Below are positions 57,736 through 64,000 of a stretch of 64,000 nt of DNA, in pieces. The DNA comes from an uncultured delta proteobacterium. Its GTDB lineage: Bacteria > Bdellovibrionota > FAC87 > UBA2466. Below the pieces are notes generated by a model. It had not been told where the DNA came from. It did not search any database and saw only the letters and a program-made list of their open reading frames with translations. The stretch lies in assembly GCA_963778115.1 (NCBI GenBank), contig CAVZSV010000004.1:992001-1056000 (forward strand), given 5' to 3'. Numbering within the stretch: the first letter of the stretch is position 1; each line of letters opens with the position of its first letter. The position numbers and the translations under genes were made by a program.

Positions 57736-59835
57736 GTGACGACCCAAAAGACTGATAGCAAGACTTCCAATCCCCGAAATCGCCTCATTAATGAGAGCAG
57801 CCCTTATCTCCTTCAGCACGCACGCAATCCGGTCGATTGGTACCCCTGGGGTAATGAAGCTTTAGAGAGATCGCGCCGGGAACAAAAGCCCATTTTTCTG
57901 TCCATAGGCTACTCGGCTTGTCACTGGTGCCACGTCATGGAAAAGGAGAGTTTCGAAAATCCGGATATTGCCAAAGTGATGAACGAGCACTTTATCAACA
58001 TTAAAGTCGATCGCGAAGAGAGACCCGATTTGGACAACATCTATATGAGTGCTGTCCAACTCATGACTCAACACGGGGGCTGGCCGATGTCGGTATTTCT
58101 CACTCCTGAACTAGATCCTTTCTACGGGGGTACGTATTTCCCTCCGGAAGACAGAGGGGGAATGCCTAGTTTCAAAAGAATCCTTCTCGGCGTCGCAGCT
58201 ACGTGGAACGGAAAAAAAGATGAAGTCCTTAAATCCGCGAAACAACTCTCTTCGGCAGTGATAGAGATGGGCAATCCCGCCCCCACCTCTGCCGGAAAAC
58301 TCTGTCTTGAAATAGCCGATCATGCGATCGAGCGGGCAAAGCAGCATTTTGATACTGAATATGGTGGTTTCGGAAATGCTCCTAAATTTTTTCATACGAT
58401 GGATCTCAGGCTTTGTTTACGCCATTGGAAGCGCACCGGGGACTCGGAAGCGCTCGATCTTGTGACGAAGACTCTGGGTAAGATCTCTGAAGGCGGTATC
58501 TACGACCATCTCGGCGGCGGGTTCCACCGCTATTCGACGGATCGCCAATGGCTGGTACCCCACTTCGAAAAGATGCTCTACGACAATGCTCTACTAGCCG
58601 AAGTCTTCTTAGAAACGTTTCAAGCCACTCAAAATGTCGACTACGCTCGCGTCGTCCGGGAAACCCTTAACTATGTCTTACGAGAAATGACCTCGGGCGA
58701 AGGAGGATTCTTTAGCACTCAGGATGCCGACAGCGAAGGAGAAGAAGGTAAATTTTACGTCTGGGAAAAAGAAGAGATCCAAAACATTCTCGATTCGGAA
58801 CTAGCAAGCTTAGTAGAAAAGATATTTGAGGTGAGTAGCAGCGGGAATTGGGAAGGGAAAAATATCTTACATCGGCAGCATTCGTTCGACAGCTGGGCAA
58901 ACAAACTTGGAGTGGAACGAGATTGGCTTGAAGACTCACTGGCCAACGCCCAAAGAAAGCTTTTCGCCTCTCGATCGCAACGGGTAGCCCCCTTTCGCGA
59001 CGAAAAGGTCCTCTTGGCCTGGAATGCCATGATGATCCACTCGTTGGCACTGGGATACCAAGTATTAGGTGACGAGCGCTACCTCAACGCGGCTTGCAGT
59101 GCGGGAGACTTCTTGTGGGAAAAGTTATGTGAGCCAAACCGCTCTACCGGGCTCACTCTGCTGCATGGATACAAAGACGGTCGCGCCAGAGTCTCGGGCT
59201 TTCTGGACGACTATGCCGCCTATGTGAACGCCCTAATCTCACTTTATGAAAGTCGATTCGAAAGCCGCTGGATCCAGCGCGCCGTTCAGGTAGCGGAAGC
59301 GATGATAGCCCACTTTTGGGACGCTTCGACGAGTGCCTTCTATTTTACAAGTCTCAGCCACGAAAAACTAATTTCGCGCCCCAGAGAATTGCACGATGGC
59401 GCAACCCCTTCAGCGACCTCATTTGCCATTACCTCTTTGCTCCGTTTGGGCAGAATGACGGGGCGACAAGATTTTACTACCACTGCGGAAAAAGCCCTGA
59501 TCCATCTTGAAGAGAATATGCGCACCCTTCCCGGTGCGAATGGACAGGCGATTATCGCTCTCTCCTTTTTGCTCGGTCGCCCTCAAGAGATCGTAGTAGT
59601 TCCGGGGAAGTCACCGGATGAAACGGAAACCGTACTTCAAGCGCTACGTACCCATTTTTTGCCCGACAAGGTGGTGGCCTTTGCTGAGCCCATTCCTTCA
59701 AATGAGCTTGCTCCCCTACTTCGAGGAAAACGGTCGCTGGGGGATGAAACGACCGTGTATTTTTGCGAGAATTTCACTTGTGAAGAACCCGTCTCTGGTG
59801 TCGATGCATTCGTAAAGCTTTTGAGTTCCAAATGA
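57736..59835 (+). CDS. YyaL/SPATA20-family protein (DUF255 thioredoxin plus six-hairpin glycosidase-like domain)
   Basis: [44 protein letters not shown]. Confidence 0.93.
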   Translation: MTTQKTDSKTSNPRNRLINESSPYLLQHARNPVDWYPWGNEALERSRREQKPIFLSIGYSACHWCHVMEKESFENPDIAKVMNEHFINIKVDREERPDLDNIYMSAVQLMTQHGGWPMSVFLTPELDPFYGGTYFPPEDRGGMPSFKRILLGVAATWNGKKDEVLKSAKQLSSAVIEMGNPAPTSAGKLCLEIADHAIERAKQHFDTEYGGFGNAPKFFHTMDLRLCLRHWKRTGDSEALDLVTKTLGKISEGGIYDHLGGGFHRYSTDRQWLVPHFEKMLYDNALLAEVFLETFQATQNVDYARVVRETLNYVLREMTSGEGGFFSTQDADSEGEEGKFYVWEKEEIQNILDSELASLVEKIFEVSSSGNWEGKNILHRQHSFDSWANKLGVERDWLEDSLANAQRKLFASRSQRVAPFRDEKVLLAWNAMMIHSLALGYQVLGDERYLNAACSAGDFLWEKLCEPNRSTGLTLLHGYKDGRARVSGFLDDYAAYVNALISLYESRFESRWIQRAVQVAEAMIAHFWDASTSAFYFTSLSHEKLISRPRELHDGATPSATSFAITSLLRLGRMTGRQDFTTTAEKALIHLEENMRTLPGANGQAIIALSFLLGRPQEIVVVPGKSPDETETVLQALRTHFLPDKVVAFAEPIPSNELAPLLRGKRSLGDETTVYFCENFTCEEPVSGVDAFVKLLSSK

Positions 59836-60140
59836 GATTCGTTGAAGTTGCAAAGCTCCAAAGCGTCGAAACCGGAAAAGCACGCCTAGTTCAAATCGAA
59901 GGTCGAGCCATCGCACTTTATCACGTCGACGGAAAATTATTTGCGACGGAGGAACTATGTCCCCACCGTGCGGGCCCTCTCTCTGAAGGCGTTCTTATGG
60001 GAAATGAAATCACCTGCCCCTGGCATGGCGCCCGTTTTAACATCGAAACGGGAGCTGTTTTAAAGGGCCCCGCGGCAAGAGCCCTCACCTGTTTTCCAGT
60101 GAAAGTAGAGGGAAATCGCGTCCTCGTTGGAGTCGAATAA
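59832..60140 (+). CDS. Rieske [2Fe-2S] ferredoxin
   Basis: CPHRAGPL...[12 protein letters not shown] overlap with the upstream gene. Confidence 0.92.
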   Translation: MRFVEVAKLQSVETGKARLVQIEGRAIALYHVDGKLFATEELCPHRAGPLSEGVLMGNEITCPWHGARFNIETGAVLKGPAARALTCFPVKVEGNRVLVGVE

Positions 60141-60263
60141 GAAATCTATTTGGCGCAATGACGGGCTCGCGGCCTGGGGACATTACCAATACATTCTTGC
60201 GCACTTTAGCGCCAGCAGTGAGAGTCGTCCGTGGGGTCAAGCTCCCACAACCGTTATTATTGG

Positions 60264-60290
60264 ATCGCAAACTTTTCAGAGAAAGAGGCC
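60264..60290. mobile_element. Isolated copy of the putative ISL3 terminal sequence
   Basis: ATCGCAAACTTTTCAGAGAAAG is 21/22 identical to 513-534. Confidence 0.55.
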
Positions 60291-60441
60291 CTGGTAGGAG
60301 AAAGACTCGAGACAATGACCAAACTTTAGACAACCCCCGGCAAGTGCTGAAACTTAAAGCAAAAGGCTAGATTTGCGGGGAAACGGGCCTGGGAGTGTTC
60401 CGGTAGTAGACAGCCCCGCCTTAAATCTCAAGCTATCCCCC

Positions 60442-60457
60442 TGGCATCCCGTTTGCT
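60442..60457 (+). promoter_or_regulatory. sigma-54 promoter
   Basis: TGGCATCCCGTTTGCT (GG-N10-GC), 30 bp upstream of ATG 60488. Confidence 0.75.
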
Positions 60458-60487
60458 CAGTAAAGCTTAGTAACTTTGTGTGCAACG

Positions 60488-61498
60488 ATGAAACTACAGC
60501 TTAGACATTTCAGCCTGGTAGTCCTTTTCTTAGTACTTCCGCGCCTTGTCTTGGCGGAAGCTAACAATCAAGCTGCGGCGGCAGCTGCCGGCCAGGGGGC
60601 CAATCAAGCACTGACGGAAGCAGCCTTACTAGGAGCCGCGGGCTCCAAGAGTAGCGACAAGAGCACGCAGATGTTGCTCATGATGATGATGATGATGCAG
60701 CAGCAACAGCAGCAGGCATTTCAACAGAATCAAAAACAAAATTCCGGAGGAGACAGCAAAAGTTCTTCTTCCGACGACAAAAAAGATGAGAACAAAATCC
60801 CTCAGCCTTCTCCTCTTCCTTCGACAGCCATAACCCCTCAAAAGCCAGATGAAACGAATTTAGTGACGCTCGACGGACTTAAACCAAAGCCTAACGATAC
60901 TTCCCCTGTTACCAGTACTGTCGATGTTCCCGATTTTGTTCCTCCTCAGGTTTCACTTAATAAACCTGCGGCTAACAGCACTGCACCAACGACACCCACT
61001 TTTCAGGGGGTGACCACGGTTCCCCAGGCGATTCCACAAAATAAGGCAGACGCTAATGGATTTCCTTCGGGCACCGGCGCTTTGGCTTCAGCGGCTGGAG
61101 GAGATATCGCTGGTTTGGGAAATGTGAGAGCTCCGGGTGTTAAGGAACAGAGCCAACCTATTCCTAGTGCCGGCACACCAGAAGAAGGAACATCCAAAGG
61201 GGCTGAACGACAAGCGGCCCCTCAAGAAGCAGCTTTGGGCGGTGGAGGAAGCGATATGTCTTCAGAAGGATCGGGAAAAAGTGGCGGCGGAAGTCCCGAA
61301 GATTTTTTTAGTATGTTAAACAAAGGCAATGCGGACGACCCCAATGCCGCACCTCCCGATGGATCGCGAGATCTGGCTTCGGAGCCATCCATGGATTCGC
61401 CGGCTCCCGGGGCCATTATGAATATTTTTCAGATCGCTCAAGTACGCTACCAATACGCCGCTTACAAAGAGAAGAGGATCTTGACCCATGCTCAATAG
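60488..61498 (+). CDS. Secreted low-complexity protein with a Met6-Gln6 run
   Basis: Signal peptide ending LVLA; poly-A, M6Q6, P/T/G/S-rich body; C-terminal NIFQIAQVRY. Confidence 0.8.
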   Translation: MKLQLRHFSLVVLFLVLPRLVLAEANNQAAAAAAGQGANQALTEAALLGAAGSKSSDKSTQMLLMMMMMMQQQQQQAFQQNQKQNSGGDSKSSSSDDKKDENKIPQPSPLPSTAITPQKPDETNLVTLDGLKPKPNDTSPVTSTVDVPDFVPPQVSLNKPAANSTAPTTPTFQGVTTVPQAIPQNKADANGFPSGTGALASAAGGDIAGLGNVRAPGVKEQSQPIPSAGTPEEGTSKGAERQAAPQEAALGGGGSDMSSEGSGKSGGGSPEDFFSMLNKGNADDPNAAPPDGSRDLASEPSMDSPAPGAIMNIFQIAQVRYQYAAYKEKRILTHAQ

Positions 61499-63275
61499 AG
61501 CGAAATGGTGTGTTCGTGCTATCGCGATATCGACGGTAATAATTTCGACTATGGGTGCGACTCAGGCCTTAGCGGAATCACTCTCTAAATTGGAAGCTAT
61601 CGCAAGTCAGGCAAAGAGTCTGGACGATTTTCTATCAAAGCCCCAGCTAATAAACGCCTACCACCAAGCTTTGGTTCAGTATCAACATCGCGACAAATTC
61701 CGTTGTGAATCATTCGAGAAAATTATCAAAAAACTAAAGGTTCTTTGCGGCGTCCCGGGATTTAAGCAATCTCTATGGGCGAAACAAGACCCTAAACCCG
61801 TCTTTATAACGGCATTCCCCTCTGAAGAAGATGCTATAGCGAACCACAACGTCCATACCGTTTATGTATTTCGTCCCGTTCCCAGACTTTTCCACGGAAT
61901 CTGGAACGATCCTTCAAATGGAAGTTGCAAGAGCGATGATTGTGAAAAAAACGACCTTACCAGTCCCGAACGCTGGGCCGTTGCCCTAAAAGGAAGTCAA
62001 CTTTACTACCTGGAGCGAGACGGCATCTTTACCGATCAATCCCTTTTAGTGACTCCGGTCGAAGCGAAAGGAAAGACCTATCCGCTTCTTTCGATAACCG
62101 GAGGACCAGGACTTACTCGTCCTTTGACCGTCGTAAGCTCACTTTCCAAATCGACACGAGTCTCCACACTATTACAGGAATGGGCCGCACGCGCCATGAA
62201 ACGTAATCCCAAGAGCTGGGGGACGTTCGTCGTGGTGAAACATACCGATCAAGGGGCTGAAGTCCGCCCTTGGAAAACCGTTATCGACACGAAACAGTCT
62301 TCCGACAAGCCCATTGCGGCCTTACATAATTTCTCGACGATCGATCGTATGGCTAAAGCCATCGAATCTGCACTTCCCCGCAATTGTCAGCTCGCCCATA
62401 CCGAAACAGCATCCAACCTCTTTCTTGGCTTGGTATCTCCGACTTCCAAGGGCACTAAGACTTCCAATAATTCGTTTCAGACGGCAGCTAACTTAGACTC
62501 GCAGGCTAGCTCTGCTGACCTCGTGCGGATCAATCCGCAGTCCGCTTCCATTGACGCTAGCACTTCAGGCGCCCTACAGTCTGGACAACTCCCACCGGGA
62601 GGAACAAAAACCGAGACTACCCAGACCCAAATCATTTACGGAGATAAAGCAAATCCAACCGGTGGAGGTATTTCAGATAGACTCGATGCCATTGAAAAGA
62701 GGTTAGCACAAAAGGAACCGACGCCGCAGGCGGAGCGAACTTTCGCCAATCGACTGGGGCCCATGGAGGGCTCAGTCAATCCCAGTTCACGAGATCTGGC
62801 TTCGGAAGAAAAAGAGACTTCCCCAAATGCGCTGCCAAATTCGGGGAACCTAAACCCATTGGGCAATCTGGGGATGTCGCCCAATGCCAACCAACCTAAT
62901 GGAGACTCAGGGCAAAATGATCCAGGTAATTTAGGATCAGCCACTCCGACGGATCCAGGAAATTCGGGTGGACTAGCCCCTCCGGCCGGTGCCGCGGCTA
63001 ACGGATCGCAGCCCAATGACCCTCACAACAAGATTAATTTTAAGGATACCGCCCGCGAACTAAGCAATTTGGACGATCCTGCCCTCGAACAGCAGAAAGC
63101 GCAGGAACTAGCAAAACAGTTCCGCCAGGCTCCTAATCAAATTGACGCTGCGGTGGGAATCTTTGGCCCTAATAAAGATGCGGATCCGCAAAAATTAAAA
63201 CGTTTTCAAAGCATGGTGGTCAGCGCTTTAGAGACAAACCCGCCTCCCTGTATGAAGGGAGCCGATAAGAAATAA
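61488..63275 (+). CDS. Secreted hypothetical protein (globular N-half, disordered linker, helical C-terminus)
   Basis: Signal peptide ending AQALA-like ATQALA; overlaps the upstream stop; N/P/G-rich linker. Confidence 0.8.
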   Translation: MLNRAKWCVRAIAISTVIISTMGATQALAESLSKLEAIASQAKSLDDFLSKPQLINAYHQALVQYQHRDKFRCESFEKIIKKLKVLCGVPGFKQSLWAKQDPKPVFITAFPSEEDAIANHNVHTVYVFRPVPRLFHGIWNDPSNGSCKSDDCEKNDLTSPERWAVALKGSQLYYLERDGIFTDQSLLVTPVEAKGKTYPLLSITGGPGLTRPLTVVSSLSKSTRVSTLLQEWAARAMKRNPKSWGTFVVVKHTDQGAEVRPWKTVIDTKQSSDKPIAALHNFSTIDRMAKAIESALPRNCQLAHTETASNLFLGLVSPTSKGTKTSNNSFQTAANLDSQASSADLVRINPQSASIDASTSGALQSGQLPPGGTKTETTQTQIIYGDKANPTGGGISDRLDAIEKRLAQKEPTPQAERTFANRLGPMEGSVNPSSRDLASEEKETSPNALPNSGNLNPLGNLGMSPNANQPNGDSGQNDPGNLGSATPTDPGNSGGLAPPAGAAANGSQPNDPHNKINFKDTARELSNLDDPALEQQKAQELAKQFRQAPNQIDAAVGIFGPNKDADPQKLKRFQSMVVSALETNPPPCMKGADKK

Positions 63276-63276
63276 T

Positions 63277-63915
63277 ATGTGGCTACGTCTTACATTATTT
63301 TTCAGTTTGATCAGCGCCGCCACTCTTCTGGCCGACATGAGACCTACGGCCGATCACGACGGCACACTGCCCGTAAAGCCGCACCCAGTGAGAACCCTCG
63401 AAGGATGCGATGACGCTGGAAAGTCGGGAAGCATTGAGCAGATTGGAGAAACGCTTCCTCCCGATCGTATTTTCAAGATTCGGATAAAACGGGATGCCCA
63501 GGGAGAATGGACTTACTCTGACGATAAAAACGATCCCTGCACCACGGTATTTACTGACCCGAACTATCGCAAAGCGGATGGAACTCCCGTGATAAGCACG
63601 GTCGAAATTCCTAGTTATGCCACCGGGGATCAGTTACATACCCATTTCCCAAATCAAATCTATCTGTACGCGGGCCCTGACATGCAGGGAGTCGAAAAGT
63701 GGATTCCCGATAGCTGCGGTTGCCAACCGGAAGATGTCTACGCCACTTTAGTTAAGCGCGCGAACGGAAGATTGGAAGCGTTTCGCATCGATCCCCCGAA
63801 ACGAGGAGACGTAGGAGAACTCGCGTCCTCATTCAGGAAACCGCTCCTGCATCCGCTTGGCGCGATATTCGAAAATTCTAATCACGTCTCTTCGGACAAA
63901 CTTACCGACCAATAG
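63277..63915 (+). CDS. Secreted hypothetical protein with 4 Cys
   Basis: Signal peptide MWLRLTLFFSLISAATLLA; starts 1 bp after the upstream stop. Confidence 0.75.
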   Translation: MWLRLTLFFSLISAATLLADMRPTADHDGTLPVKPHPVRTLEGCDDAGKSGSIEQIGETLPPDRIFKIRIKRDAQGEWTYSDDKNDPCTTVFTDPNYRKADGTPVISTVEIPSYATGDQLHTHFPNQIYLYAGPDMQGVEKWIPDSCGCQPEDVYATLVKRANGRLEAFRIDPPKRGDVGELASSFRKPLLHPLGAIFENSNHVSSDKLTDQ

Positions 63916-64000
63916 ACGCCCTAAGAAACCACCAGGAACCTCATACCGCACGCGATCGGTGACCAAGGTACCGCCGTCAATCGCCTTAAATTCGTGTGTG

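Noticed and set aside
60158..60370. 70-aa ORF and its antisense partner
   Set aside because: No RBS or domain, and it spans the IS-end-like scar.
700..63100. Numerous short ORFs overlapping or antisense to assigned genes
   Set aside because: Shadow ORFs with no motifs, fully explained by the coding strand.
1..64000. CRISPR array, rRNA/tRNA, prophage, retron/DGR or defence island
   Set aside because: I saw no regularly spaced repeats, cloverleafs, reverse transcriptase, integrase or phage structural genes. Reading by eye could miss short RNAs.

Overview
Bacterial chromosomal segment. Gene content and protein style suggest a Bdellovibrionota/'deltaproteobacterial' lineage (inference). From left to right: a chimeric HNH-like/ISL3 transposase remnant; a secreted orphan protein; hpt; a minus-strand flagellar hook-basal-body operon (flgB-flgC-fliE-fliF-fliG-fliH-fliI-fliJ-MotE-like-fliK-flgD-TIGR02530-like-flgE). 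Upstream of it lie a receiver-less sigma-54 activator, a TPR protein, a lipoprotein-mlaEFD operon, a frameshifted FleQ/FlrA-like activator and a GAF/HD-GYP phosphodiesterase. Then pyrB-pyrC-carA-orf-carB-greA-recG-SDR; pdxS-pdxT; DedA; an RpoH-like sigma factor; an apparently inactive M2/M3-type peptidase lipoprotein; pruA; two small basic proteins; a heme operon (hemA-C-D-B-L-HK-RR-hemE-hemN) with an embedded two-component system; a beta-barrel OMP; a YyaL-type protein with a Rieske ferredoxin; and three secreted orphan genes. I found no rRNA, tRNA, CRISPR or prophage. The best signals are non-coding or degenerate: a switch-like multi-hairpin RNA leader before flgE; five sigma-54 -24/-12 promoters, three of them on non-flagellar envelope orphans; a shared, identically spaced upstream element at the two flagellar-region promoters; a FleQ-type palindrome; a pho-box-like repeat at the hemA promoter; two pseudo-enzymes; and two single-base frameshifts at GATC-like sites that are probably sequencing errors. 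All family assignments come from motif recognition by eye, not database searches.
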